Origin: Candidatus Bathyarchaeota archaeon
GTDB taxonomy: Archaea > Thermoproteota > Bathyarchaeia > Bathyarchaeales > DTEX01
Length of the DNA stretch: 64,000 bases
Assembly: GCA_963714275.1 (NCBI GenBank)
Contig: CAVQNT010000006.1
Coordinates: forward strand, 32,001 to 96,000
Reading direction: 5' to 3'
The notes beneath the pieces were generated by a model, which saw nothing but the letters and a program-made list of their open reading frames with translations, was not told the origin of the DNA and did no database searches. Both the position numbers and the translations under genes were made by a program. Of this stretch, positions 52,880-63,450 are shown piece by piece (the first letter of the stretch is position 1; each line of letters opens with the position of its first letter).

Positions 52880-53491
52880 ATGTGGCAAGAGCCAAGAAAA
52901 AAGGTTAAGAAGCAAAAAACTGTCATCTGCATATCAGGAATGGCTGGTTCTGGAAAAAGCACGGTCGCCAAAAGGCTTGCAGAGTATTATGGACTCAAGT
53001 ACTATTCAGGCGGAGACGCACTTAAAGCTGTAGCATCTGAAATGGGCCATAAAACAGCAGGTGAAGGCTGGTGGGAAACCGCTGAAGGCATCAAGTTTAT
53101 TGAAAAAAGACTGGACAATCTTGAGATTGACAGAAAGGTCGACGAAAAACTTCTGGATTGGGCTAACCGGGGAGGACTAGTATTAGACAGCTGGGCTATG
53201 CCATGGCTGCTTAAAAAAGGATTCAACATCTGGCTTGAAGCCTCAGAAAAAGTGAGGGCTCAACGTTTGGCAGAAAGAGACAGCTTAGGTCCAGAAGAGG
53301 CTCTTAGGGTTCTCAGAGAGAAAGAGGCCAAGACAAAAGGAATCTATAAAAAACTTTACGGGTTCAAGTTCGGTGAAGACTTTGAGCCTTTCCAGCTAAT
53401 ATTGGATGTTAACTTACTTAATAAGGACGAAGTGTACGAAACCTTGCGGTTGGCGATAGATAATTTAGTTAAAAATGACATTGTTTCCTGA
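52880..53491 (+). CDS. cmk: Cytidylate kinase
   Basis: ISGMAGSGKST, YSGG, IDRKVD, YKKLYG. Confidence 0.9.
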   Translation: MWQEPRKKVKKQKTVICISGMAGSGKSTVAKRLAEYYGLKYYSGGDALKAVASEMGHKTAGEGWWETAEGIKFIEKRLDNLEIDRKVDEKLLDWANRGGLVLDSWAMPWLLKKGFNIWLEASEKVRAQRLAERDSLGPEEALRVLREKEAKTKGIYKKLYGFKFGEDFEPFQLILDVNLLNKDEVYETLRLAIDNLVKNDIVS

Positions 53492-53558
53492 AAACATTTA
53501 AAAACAAAAAAAGACAGAGACTAATCTGATTTTATTCAACAGGAGAAATAGAATCGAA

Positions 53559-53843
53559 TTGGGTAAAGCGCAATATAAGGTTGAAGGAGGAAAACTCGTC
53601 AAGGTTCAACTTAGGTTCGAAGATGATAAAATCAAAAAAGTTAAAATCACGGGGGATTTTTTCCTTCACCCAGAGGAGTTAATCGACGAGCTGGAAAAAA
53701 AGTTAGAAGGGTCAGAGCTAAACGAAGATGTCCTTACAGACCATATTAAGGCTTTTATTAAAATAAACAAGGCTGTCCTGTTAGGTGTGACTCCAGAAGA
53801 CTTTGCTAAATGCATCGTGATGGCTGGTGCAAAAAATGACTGA
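53559..53843 (+). CDS. Lipoate-protein ligase C-terminal subunit (LplB)
   Basis: KVEGGKLVKV, ITGDFFLHPEE. Confidence 0.85.
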   Translation: MGKAQYKVEGGKLVKVQLRFEDDKIKKVKITGDFFLHPEELIDELEKKLEGSELNEDVLTDHIKAFIKINKAVLLGVTPEDFAKCIVMAGAKND

Positions 53844-54571
53844 ACAATGGCGCCTCTTGGACACGGGATTTCATGATGCCTTCTATAATATGGCTTTAGA
53901 CGAGGCTATAGCGGTTGCACGGTCCAAAAATCTTGTGCTCAACACGTTAAGGTTTTTCAGGTGGGAGCCTTCAGCTGTTTCAATCGGCTATTTTCAAGGC
54001 ATGGATGAAGAGGTTGACACAGCTGCCTGCGACGATAAAGGCATTGACTATGTGAGGAGACGGACTGGTGGCGGAGCGGTTTACCACGACAAAGACGGAG
54101 AGTTAACTTACAGCATGTTCATAAATCAGAAGCATCATCTAGTTTCCAAGGATTTTCAGGAGACTTATGGAACACTTTGCTCTGGGCTTGTGCGCGGGCT
54201 CCGTTTCTTGGGGGTTCAGGCTGAGTTTAAGCCCATCAATGACATTGTTGTTGGTGGCAAGAAGGTTTCTGGCAACGCCCAAACCCGAGGGATGAACATT
54301 GTTCATCAGCATGGTACAATACTTCTGAAGGTTGATCCTTCACTGATGTTTTTGGTTCTAAAGGGTTTGAAGGGTTCTCCCACCTCGTTACATGGACTAC
54401 TAGGAAGAGAAATAAGTTTTGAGGAGCTGAAAGGAAGCTCTCGTAAAGGGGTTCGAAGAATCTTTCAGGATAAGATTAGTGCCGGGAGCGCTCATTAAGT
54501 TTGAGGAGCAAACAACAACAAAACTGAAGGCTGAGAAATACGCGACAAGAGAATGGAACTTCAAGAGGTAG
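53836..54571 (+). CDS. lplA: Lipoate-protein ligase A catalytic subunit (C-terminal frameshifts)
   Basis: NMALDEA, RRRTGGGAVYHD, NDIV..KKVSGNAQ, QHGT. Confidence 0.9.
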
Positions 54572-54678
54572 TCTCGTTCTGCTCAGTAGCTAGCTGTTAA
54601 AATCTGTAACCGTGAACATCTTCTTCAGGGGTACACAAGAGATAAAATTGTAATTTCATATTTCAGATACAAATTAGA

Positions 54679-54903
54679 ATGACGGGGAAAAGGTCGAGAC
54701 TGGAGATTTACCTTGACATACTTAAAACTGTCAAGTCAGGCGTTAACAAACTCACCGCCATTATGAATAGATGCAATTTGGCTTGGAACCCTTACATGAT
54801 AATCCTGGAAATGTTGATTGTCAACGGTCTACTTGACATGTTAGACATTGGAACACGGAAAATGTATGAGCTCATTGAAAGAGGGCAGGAATTTCTTAGG
54901 TAA
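54679..54903 (+). CDS. Winged-HTH transcriptional regulator
   Basis: KRSRLEIYLDIL...TAIMNRCNL...YELIERG. Confidence 0.75.
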   Translation: MTGKRSRLEIYLDILKTVKSGVNKLTAIMNRCNLAWNPYMIILEMLIVNGLLDMLDIGTRKMYELIERGQEFLR

Positions 54904-55009
54904 TTCGAGTCAGTGAAGTATTCATTTCGAATTTAAGAAAACCGAAAAAAAGACAGTACTTTAGATTTGTGTTGAAAAACCTTAAAAAATTCCATGGTAT
55001 TTTGTTTGT

Positions 55010-55825
55010 TCAGACAATGACCATTCGAAGAATGAGCCAAGATGTAAAGTCGCCAACCACCAGAGCTGCGATGAATCCAGCTGTGACAAACACTAGAAAT
55101 GGAAGACCGGGAGTGACCCAAATCCTCCCTTGTAGTTCGGTTAAAAACCCGTCTTGCTGAACTTCTTTCTGGTCATCGTCTTCTAAGCGAGGTGTTACCT
55201 TCAGATGTCTGATGATCTTGCCGTCTTCTGCTCTTGAGAACCGTTCTAATAGCATGTAGTGAGACCCGCCTTTCACCTTTTCCGAATCCACTCTGAAGCC
55301 TGTCGCGAAAGCTACAGCTTTGCTCCAGAATGGCTCTTTCTCAAGGCCTTCAAACATTTTTTCTCCCCTTATCGTCATTCGGCACAGGTTGTTTGCTATG
55401 ATTAACACTACTAGCAGTGATGAGCCTAAAACGGAGTTGACTAAAACTGCCAGCGGAAAGAAGGGAACAAGAACTGTAACGTATTCATGAACGAACGATG
55501 GGTAAACGGGTAGAGCAAGGGACAGGCAAATTAAAGCCTTAGAGTCTGCTCCTCCGAAAAAGCCCGTGTAGAAGAGCACTAACGCGATAATGGTTGTCAG
55601 CCCTATGGAAGCCAACCACTGAATTGGGACTTCACCAAATGCATTATTAGTAAAGAATTGCAGCAACAGTAAAGATAAGCCCGCTGGACCGTAGATTATC
55701 CACATTTTGTTGGAGACTTCCCGAGTTTTAAAGTCGTAAACCGAAGAAATAACGAGGAAGAAGAGGCTTAGCAGTACACGAAAGGCTTCGAGCCATTCTA
55801 TCATTGTTTCCACCATAGGAACCAA
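55010..55825 (-). CDS. Prepilin/prearchaellin peptidase (A24, PibD/FlaK-like)
   Basis: SVYDFKTREV, FGGADSKAL, WVTPGLPFLV. Confidence 0.9.
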   Translation of the reverse strand: MVPMVETMIEWLEAFRVLLSLFFLVISSVYDFKTREVSNKMWIIYGPAGLSLLLLQFFTNNAFGEVPIQWLASIGLTTIIALVLFYTGFFGGADSKALICLSLALPVYPSFVHEYVTVLVPFFPLAVLVNSVLGSSLLVVLIIANNLCRMTIRGEKMFEGLEKEPFWSKAVAFATGFRVDSEKVKGGSHYMLLERFSRAEDGKIIRHLKVTPRLEDDDQKEVQQDGFLTELQGRIWVTPGLPFLVFVTAGFIAALVVGDFTSWLILRMVIV

Positions 55826-56309
55826 ACGAATACATTAATATTGAATCTTTGTTCATTAGAAGTAGTCAATGCGTTAATATCTAATTTATGGACTCAGAAA
55901 CTATCATCATTTTTTCTTAAAAAAGGCATCTATCATTGGATATTGGTTTATGCGGATTTTTATATCTGATTTATGTGGCATTAAGTTCTTAATTTTGTGC
56001 GAGCTAGTAATCTTTAGAAAAAAAAACTTAAAAAAATATACCGATTTTAAACGTGTTCGTTCTGTTGTTTTGAAGTTTTTAGTTATTGTGTTGAGTTAGG
56101 TTTTAGGCTATACGGATTATTTTTTAGAGGTAGATTATTGTTCAGTTATTATTCCATTTATTTGTCTATATTTTGAGTTTTCACATTGTTGCAGCTGGTC
56201 TAATGTTTGTCATTGATGGTTCGAAAATACATACATGGAAGACAGACGATGCCTTCATAATTCATTTATCAACGGTAGCCTCACAAGTTTGTTCAAAGGT
56301 GAAAAATTA

Positions 56310-56810
56310 GTGATAAAAAATATAAATAAAAATAAAAAGGCTTTGAGTCCAGTAATCGCCACAGTCATTCTGATCTCGGTCACCATCGTCGTCGCAGTCT
56401 CAGTAGCATACTGGATGGGCGCAATAGCAGGCGGATTCACTTCCTTCGAACAAATAGAACTACCAACAGTATATGGAAGAGCAATTACTAGCCCATGGAT
56501 AGGTTGGAACATTACTATTGAAATGAAAAACACGGGCTCATCTGACGCTACACTTAACAACATTTTCATGAACTCTATCCCATTCAAGGATTACGCCCAA
56601 GCTAACGTTACTCTTCAAAAAGCTGATGGAACAGATGTCTCTGCAACGCTTTATACCACTGGAGTGCTTGTTGCCAAAGGTAATTCTGTGACACTAGTCT
56701 TACAACTTAGGTTTGATCAAAGCGTCGGATTTACATCTGGTACAAGAGTAGAAATAAAACTACACACCGCAGGTGGCAAAGACTATCCAACATCCTTAAA
56801 GCTACCTTAG
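56310..56810 (+). CDS. Major type IV pilin (class III signal peptide)
   Basis: GTG start; NKKA|LSPVIATVILISVTIVVAVSVAYWM. Confidence 0.88.
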   Translation: MIKNINKNKKALSPVIATVILISVTIVVAVSVAYWMGAIAGGFTSFEQIELPTVYGRAITSPWIGWNITIEMKNTGSSDATLNNIFMNSIPFKDYAQANVTLQKADGTDVSATLYTTGVLVAKGNSVTLVLQLRFDQSVGFTSGTRVEIKLHTAGGKDYPTSLKLP

Positions 56811-56836
56811 GGAGCTTATCCCTCTTTATTTTTTTT
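56809..56836 (+). terminator. Putative terminator after the major pilin
   Basis: AGGGA-GCTTA-TCCCT hairpin followed by CTTTATTTTTTTT. Confidence 0.5.
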
Positions 56837-56868
56837 AGTTTCTTCAGTATCTTAGGAGGTTGTACTAG

Positions 56869-57685
56869 GTGGTTCCCCGTAGTTCATCATTACGACATGA
56901 CAACTATGCTATTTCAGAGGTTATCGACACCATCATTCTAACCAGTGTCATGGTTATAATTGTAATAACGGCTTCATTTTACGCAAATGACACTCTCAGT
57001 TTCAATGTGGAAAGTGTCCATTTTGATCAAGCAGTCAACGCTGTTCTAAGTCTAGAAAAAGTTGCAAAGAATATAATGTTCAAACCGCAATCAATTGGAA
57101 CGGTTAAAACAAGTTTTTTAACAACAGATCCCTATGTTAACCAAATGGGGACTCTCGCAATACTCATTGATAGTAATGAAATATCTTCAATTATCGTAAA
57201 TTGTTTTAAAGTAAAGGGAAGCGAACGTGTAGGCGTTACTTTAAGCCAATACTATCTTGGCAATAGTGCATTATTACTTGTTGGCTTAGATGGGTCAATA
57301 AGTCTGTGTAAAAAAATACCAAGATAACGGAGCTTGGGTTTCCCTTGATTACGGTAGGATTCGATGCGTATACGGTGGAGAGATGAACTATTATAATGGC
57401 ACCAATCCTGAGCCAGTTAAGAGAAACGTGATTGAAATAACAGCAATAAAAATAAATTCAGGCGGAATAGACCAATTTCTCGATAATTCACGCATCATTC
57501 TGAAAAATACGGGAATCCAAACCCAACAATTCGAGCATTTCTCTGGTAATTTTGATATTACGGTTCATTTTTCTAATGAAAATGATTCTGTCTCTCTAAT
57601 AGATCTAGGTGGAAATGCAACGCTGCCAACCTTGATTAATTTTACAATCGTAAACTTTGAAATTACTATCCTTGGAGGTGGATAA
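56869..57685 (+). CDS. Minor pilin-like protein (frameshift near 57305)
   Basis: YA|ISEVIDTIILTSVMVIIV class III-like N-terminus; continues into ORF 57383-57685. Confidence 0.7.
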
Positions 57686-58210
57686 ATGGTTTCTAATACT
57701 GTGACTCACCTTATAGGAACGGTTTCTCTGATGCTAATTTTTTTTTCAGTTGGATCATACTATTCCATGTCAATAGCATCACTGAAAAACGAAGTAATCA
57801 CAGTTCAACTCAGCAAAATTGCCAATTACATTGGCTCCGACATAGTAGACTTGGTTTCGCTCTGCTACATCAGCGAGCTGAACCAAATGTTAATCAAAAA
57901 CCTCACACTTCCAACGGGCTTAACAGCCTATGGATACAACATGACAATTGAGAAGATAGGGCAAAGCATGCTAGTTCGAGTTTACCTGATCTCAGAATCT
58001 CTAGTCTACGGTGAATATATCCTTCCTTGGCCAACAGAAAGTAACATCAGAGTCTACAATGGTTCAGATTCTGAAGTCAAGGATTATATTCATTCTGAAA
58101 GACCCAGCCTTATACTAAAATTGCACGTCGATGACTTGGACACGGGCATAATGATCTGGTGCGTAAAGCTTGAGGACCAGATAACAATAGGGCTAGGATT
58201 AATGAACTGA
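57686..58210 (+). CDS. Pilus-associated protein (pilin-like N-terminal helix)
   Basis: N-terminal hydrophobic helix; operon context. Confidence 0.6.
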   Translation: MVSNTVTHLIGTVSLMLIFFSVGSYYSMSIASLKNEVITVQLSKIANYIGSDIVDLVSLCYISELNQMLIKNLTLPTGLTAYGYNMTIEKIGQSMLVRVYLISESLVYGEYILPWPTESNIRVYNGSDSEVKDYIHSERPSLILKLHVDDLDTGIMIWCVKLEDQITIGLGLMN

Positions 58211-58222
58211 TCAAGGAGATGC

Positions 58223-59035
58223 ATGAAAATGAACGCAATATACGAATATATTTTCGCTGGCTTCATAATGTTCGTGATGCTTGTATCTCTTCAGACTAAT
58301 TTACAAACCCTAATGTCTGACACAACAGCCCTAACTATGCAAGAAGAGTACAACATGTCGGAAGGCCTAATAGACATGATACTACTGTCTCCAGGCAGTC
58401 CCCCAGACTGGGGCTCAACGAATCCTGTTCTTTTCGGGCTTGCGGCTCAAGAAACTACAGACACATATGTTCTTGACTCAAAAAAAGTCATTAGACTAGA
58501 CGAGAACTACAATTACTCACTATACATATCTCCGGGGGAGCTCAGAAGCCTTCTAGGACTTACCTCAGACATCAACCTTGTTATAAGGATTTCACCCATC
58601 TTCCCAATCAACATTCAGCCACAAGGAAACGGAAAATACGAAATAATGGTCACTAACCATAAAGGAGTGAACCTAGCGAATGTCAATGTAACCGGATACT
58701 ACGTGCCGGAATCTCTAGGTTCAAGTAGCGAACGGTTCCATAAACAAAACATAACAAGAATAGATGGTTCATGCATGTTGGATTTTGGTCAAGAAAGATC
58801 TGGCTATGTCTTGGTTGTTTGTGCAGACCTTGTTGGAATAAAAACGATGCAGACAGACCCTCCATACTTGAGAGTTAGGGTTGAAGGTGGCCAAGTTATT
58901 CAAAGCGATATTCCCTTAATTACTAAAATTAACTATACATCGGGCTCCTTTTTTGGCTTGAACACGGATTCTGCTGCTAGATACGTCGAAATCGATGGCT
59001 TCACGTACTACTTCGAACTTGAGGTTTGGAGGTGA
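58223..59035 (+). CDS. Pilus-associated minor pilin-like protein
   Basis: YEYIFAGFIMF helix, SPGSPPDWG, FGLA motifs. Confidence 0.65.
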   Translation: MKMNAIYEYIFAGFIMFVMLVSLQTNLQTLMSDTTALTMQEEYNMSEGLIDMILLSPGSPPDWGSTNPVLFGLAAQETTDTYVLDSKKVIRLDENYNYSLYISPGELRSLLGLTSDINLVIRISPIFPINIQPQGNGKYEIMVTNHKGVNLANVNVTGYYVPESLGSSSERFHKQNITRIDGSCMLDFGQERSGYVLVVCADLVGIKTMQTDPPYLRVRVEGGQVIQSDIPLITKINYTSGSFFGLNTDSAARYVEIDGFTYYFELEVWR

Positions 59036-59043
59036 CAAGGGAG

Positions 59044-60081
59044 ATGATTAACAACAATAGGGGTCAGATGAGAGTAATCGAAGCGTTGATCGCATGTCTC
59101 CTTTTAATAAGTGGCCTTTCAGCTGCTACTTACCTTTCCAGAGTTAACGTTTCAGTTGAGGATAACAGCCTTTACGAAACTGGGGAGAACATTTTTGACT
59201 TATTAAGCGACTCCAACGTTGTTCAAAGAATAATGGAAGGCGGAGATTTCACAGAGGCTCAACTTAAGACCCTCATCTCGACCCTTCTTCCTCCAGATAG
59301 TGTATATGCTGTATATTTTGGAAGCTCCATGACAAACAGTACGTTGTTAAATGCTACAAACATGGGCTTTAGTTCATCTTCGGGCAATAACGCTTTCTCC
59401 GACTTAGGATCTTACACAATCTCATTACCTCTCTCTCACGTAGAATACCAGCCAGTCGATGTCATGTTAATTATAGACAGGTCAGGAAGCATGGGAGACC
59501 ATTACAACCAGACACACACAAAGCTTGACCTTGCTAAAGCTGCTGCCAAGACCTTTGTGGATCAACTTAACATGACCCGAGACAGAGTCGGTCTTGCTTC
59601 ATTTGCAGATGAAGCGACTTTAGATTGCTATCTCACAAATAACACAGCAAGTATCAAGTCCCATATCAATAGCTTGAATGCAAATGGGTATACAAATATA
59701 GGTGGTGGCATAAGCAAATCAAACGAAGAGTTCGTTAACCATGGTAGGTCCGATGCAGTATGGGTTATGATCCTTCTTTCAGACGGAAAAGCCAATAGGC
59801 CACAATCTGAGGGCTATGCACACGATTATGCCATTGAACAAGCCGAGTGTGCTAAGATACTTAAGGGCAAAGGGGTTAGAATCTACACAATCGGGTTGGG
59901 TTCTCCTGATGACTTGGATGAAGATTTACTGAAACAGATCGCTTTCGACGAGAGTAAATACTTTCATGCTCCTACTGCTGATCAGCTGGAGTCAATTTAT
60001 ATAGCAATTTCTAAAGACATCCTCCTTCAAGTTAGATACGACATAGTCATTATCCAACTAAATATCTTTGGATCAGGATAA
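59044..60081 (+). CDS. Pilin-like protein with vWA domain
   Basis: NRG|QMRVIEALIA; MIDAS DRSGSM, GYTNIGGG, LLSDG, IYTIGLG. Confidence 0.85.
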   Translation: MINNNRGQMRVIEALIACLLLISGLSAATYLSRVNVSVEDNSLYETGENIFDLLSDSNVVQRIMEGGDFTEAQLKTLISTLLPPDSVYAVYFGSSMTNSTLLNATNMGFSSSSGNNAFSDLGSYTISLPLSHVEYQPVDVMLIIDRSGSMGDHYNQTHTKLDLAKAAAKTFVDQLNMTRDRVGLASFADEATLDCYLTNNTASIKSHINSLNANGYTNIGGGISKSNEEFVNHGRSDAVWVMILLSDGKANRPQSEGYAHDYAIEQAECAKILKGKGVRIYTIGLGSPDDLDEDLLKQIAFDESKYFHAPTADQLESIYIAISKDILLQVRYDIVIIQLNIFGSG

Positions 60082-60084
60082 AGC

Positions 60085-61575
60085 ATGACAAAATTTTTTA
60101 GAAATAAGAAAGGTCAATTCCTTATTGCTTCAGCTCTGCTAATTGCCATTCTGTTTATTTCTGTCGCTTCTCTTCTGACATCTACCTCCTTAACCAATGT
60201 TAAGCTTCTTAAAAACGACTTCAGAAAAGACACAATACAAATCATCTCGAACTACCGTGGAGCCCTAGCTCTAGCCATTACTGAGGTATCAAAAGAATTG
60301 GAACTCAGATCGAGCATGTACAACTATGAGAACTATTCTACTCTAGAAGAGTATTCTGAAGCAGAAACATATGGGGCTAAAATAATGACTAACTGGCAAA
60401 ACACAATCCTGCAACAATATGCTGGCCGTTCTATAAATCTTAACATAACAAACCTAGTTTTCGATTGTAACTGGAATTCCTCAGTATACTACTCAAAGGT
60501 ATCCGCTGTTAATCACCTAGACATATTATCCTATGGATTCTACGGATTTAAACAAAATGTGACCTCAGAGCTGGAACTTAAAATTATGGACAGGTCAGAA
60601 CATGATGACGAATTAGCTTTCACCATCAAGTTGCAGAAAGAAGAGGGTCTTCCTGTGACTGATTTGGAAGCTTCATTTGTGAAGATACTCTATATGAGAA
60701 ACGGTACAACCTCTTTCACTGAAGCGGATCCATCAAACATTGGGGTAGCTTATCTAGGCAGCGGAGTCTATAATATCACCTTTTCCGCAACTGATTACGC
60801 ATCACCAGTAAAGATCAAGATGATTCTTCGAGATGGCAGAGGAATAATTGTTGCTGCTATTACTAAAGGAGGTGTACTTGTCAGCGAAGAAGAAGACGAA
60901 ATTGGTCCTGTGACGACAAATGTGTTAGCCAACCCAAATCCATGCCCCAAACAATCAACGACGAAGTTGTCCGCGACAGTCGATGATACATTAACTGGCG
61001 CTAACAACATATTTTCAGCTGAATATTTCATTGACAACGCCATAAAGGAAAATGGAAAAGGCACACAAATGACATTATCAGACGGTTATCCCGACTCCCC
61101 GAAAGAAAAATTTGAGGTGCAATTAAATGTTGCTGGTTTAACTTCCGGGAACCACACTCTGCATATACACGGAATGGATGCTATTGGAAATTGGGGAAAC
61201 TACAGTTCTGTGGTTATAAAGGTGACAGATAACCTTCCAGCGATGCATGTTTCAGATATTCAAGTCCGTGCAACTCGTGGCAGATGGTCCTATATTCATG
61301 GACAGGCTACAGTGACTGTTGTCGATGCTAATGGGAAAAATGTTGTAGGAGCAACAGTTTATGGTCACTGGAGTGGATCAGTCAGCGGTTCCGTATTCGG
61401 TCAAACTGGAACTAACGGCAAAGTCACCTTCAATTCTATTGAGATTTATTATAGGGGAGGATGGTTCAGTAGAAGATTAACATTTACATTCACTGTTGAT
61501 AACTTAATAAAAGCCGGTTGGATTTATGATAAATCTGCGAACATCAAGACAAGTGATACCGATTACTATCCGTAA
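60085..61575 (+). CDS. Large pilin-like adhesin with Ig-like domains
   Basis: NKKG|QFLIASALLI; AEYFID...GNHTLHIHGMDAIGNWG; VTVVDANG..V.GATV.G.WSG. Confidence 0.75.
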   Translation: MTKFFRNKKGQFLIASALLIAILFISVASLLTSTSLTNVKLLKNDFRKDTIQIISNYRGALALAITEVSKELELRSSMYNYENYSTLEEYSEAETYGAKIMTNWQNTILQQYAGRSINLNITNLVFDCNWNSSVYYSKVSAVNHLDILSYGFYGFKQNVTSELELKIMDRSEHDDELAFTIKLQKEEGLPVTDLEASFVKILYMRNGTTSFTEADPSNIGVAYLGSGVYNITFSATDYASPVKIKMILRDGRGIIVAAITKGGVLVSEEEDEIGPVTTNVLANPNPCPKQSTTKLSATVDDTLTGANNIFSAEYFIDNAIKENGKGTQMTLSDGYPDSPKEKFEVQLNVAGLTSGNHTLHIHGMDAIGNWGNYSSVVIKVTDNLPAMHVSDIQVRATRGRWSYIHGQATVTVVDANGKNVVGATVYGHWSGSVSGSVFGQTGTNGKVTFNSIEIYYRGGWFSRRLTFTFTVDNLIKAGWIYDKSANIKTSDTDYYP

Positions 61576-61727
61576 AAAGAGCTTTTTGACAATTTCTGCG
61601 TGAATAGTTTTTAGGTATGTAGGGAATGTTCATAAACCATATATCAATTGTAATTTCAGCTTTTTCTGTATCAACCTAAAGGTCCCAAAAGAACCGATGG
61701 TTTCTCTGCTCTAATGGATGAATACGA

Positions 61728-63440
61728 ATGGAAAAACAGAAAAAGGAATCAGCGTCGATAAATGTCAAATCAGATTCAAAAAAATTTAAGCTAAAGGAGA
61801 AACCTAAATCTAAAAATGGGAGCTTTTTTGCAAAATTTTTTTCTAAAAAAGATAAGTCGCTAAGACCAATTGTTAAATTGGAAGAGAAAGAGAAGCAAGA
61901 CACAAGTTATACTTTACTTGAAACCTACTGGATACATAATCCGCTTGCCAAGGTCAACATCGTTTCATCTGGGGGTGAATTGAAGTATATCGCTGAAGAA
62001 GTGAAACTCAGTTCCAGAGAAGAAAAAACCTATAGGAAAATAGAGTCTCTCATAACGAAGGAACTTTTACCGCCAGAGACTCTGATCATAGACATTAACT
62101 ATTACATACTTTCAGAAGCCAAAAGACTGGTCAGAAAATATATGCATAGCCTAGGAAGGTTCAAAGCAGAATCTTGGGAGAAAATATATTACTACGTTGT
62201 CCGCGACTTAGCAGGATATGGCGGTCTTGACATACCAATGAACGATCCGAATATTGAAGACATCTCATGCAACGGACTCAACCGTCCTATATATGTTTGG
62301 CACAGAAAGTACGAAAGCATCCCTGCAAACATCGAATTCACAAAGGAATCAGAGTACGACAACTTCATAGTTAAGCTCGCCCACATGGGAGATAAACACA
62401 TCTCAAGCGCACATCCCATGCTTGACGCCATGCTTCCAGGGAAACATAGGCTTGCAGCCACCTTCAGAAAAGAAGTCTCAACCTTCGGAAGCAGCTTCTG
62501 CGTGAGAAAATTCCGCGAAGACCCGTTCTCCATCATTGACCTAATCAGCATAGGAACGATCGACGCGACCCTTGCTGCCTACTTCTGGCTTCTCTTAGAG
62601 AATAAGATGAACATGATGCTTATAGGAGGGACTGGCGCTGGAAAGACAAGCACGTTGAACGCCCTCATAAGCTTGATGAGACCGCATGACAAAGTTGTAA
62701 CAGTTGAAGAGATCGCTGAACTCAACACCTTACATGATAACTGGGTCCAGCTTACAAGCAGGCAAGGGTTCAAGTTCGGTCAAGCAGATGAAACTTCAAT
62801 CAGCCTCTTCGACCTAGTTAAGCTTAGCCTTCGATACAGGCCGGATTACATCATCGTTGGCGAAGTTAGAGGAGAAGAAGCCTACGCCCTTTTTCAAGCC
62901 ATTGCCACAGGTCATGGTGGTATCTGCACTATGCACTCTGATAGTTTGGATCATGCAGCCAAACGGTTGACATCACCCCCAATGAATGTATCCGAGGTTT
63001 ACATCCCCCTTATGAATGTTGGAATATATGTCCAAAGGGTGGAGCTTCCAAAAAATAAGGTAGGTTTAGCATTTGGCAGAAGAGCAAGAAATGTCTGGGA
63101 AATTATTGAATATGGAAAGTATAACCTTATTTCTGAATGGTCACCGACCGAAGACACTTTTAATACTTATCTAGAGAAGAGTCATCTCCTTGAACAGATC
63201 GCTATTAAAAAGGGTATATTAAAAGAGGACCTTATAGCAGAAATTAAGCAGAGAGAAATAGTACTTAATGACATCTTAAAATCGGGGAAAAGAAGTCAGA
63301 ATGATGTTACACAAGCCATCACAGAATATTACAATTACCTTAAGAAGGAAAAACTGGACAAAAGACCTAGAATAACGAAACCAAAGTTGATGGTACAACT
63401 TAAAACATTGCCTCGTTCGTTAATACGTAAAAAGGGATGA
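61728..63440 (+). CDS. Type IV pilus assembly ATPase (PilB/FlaI/VirB11 family)
   Basis: IEDISCNG, GGTGAGKTS, LRYRPDYIIVGEVRG, ATGHGGICTMH. Confidence 0.93.
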   Translation: MEKQKKESASINVKSDSKKFKLKEKPKSKNGSFFAKFFSKKDKSLRPIVKLEEKEKQDTSYTLLETYWIHNPLAKVNIVSSGGELKYIAEEVKLSSREEKTYRKIESLITKELLPPETLIIDINYYILSEAKRLVRKYMHSLGRFKAESWEKIYYYVVRDLAGYGGLDIPMNDPNIEDISCNGLNRPIYVWHRKYESIPANIEFTKESEYDNFIVKLAHMGDKHISSAHPMLDAMLPGKHRLAATFRKEVSTFGSSFCVRKFREDPFSIIDLISIGTIDATLAAYFWLLLENKMNMMLIGGTGAGKTSTLNALISLMRPHDKVVTVEEIAELNTLHDNWVQLTSRQGFKFGQADETSISLFDLVKLSLRYRPDYIIVGEVRGEEAYALFQAIATGHGGICTMHSDSLDHAAKRLTSPPMNVSEVYIPLMNVGIYVQRVELPKNKVGLAFGRRARNVWEIIEYGKYNLISEWSPTEDTFNTYLEKSHLLEQIAIKKGILKEDLIAEIKQREIVLNDILKSGKRSQNDVTQAITEYYNYLKKEKLDKRPRITKPKLMVQLKTLPRSLIRKKG

Positions 63441-63450
63441 GGAAAAATAT

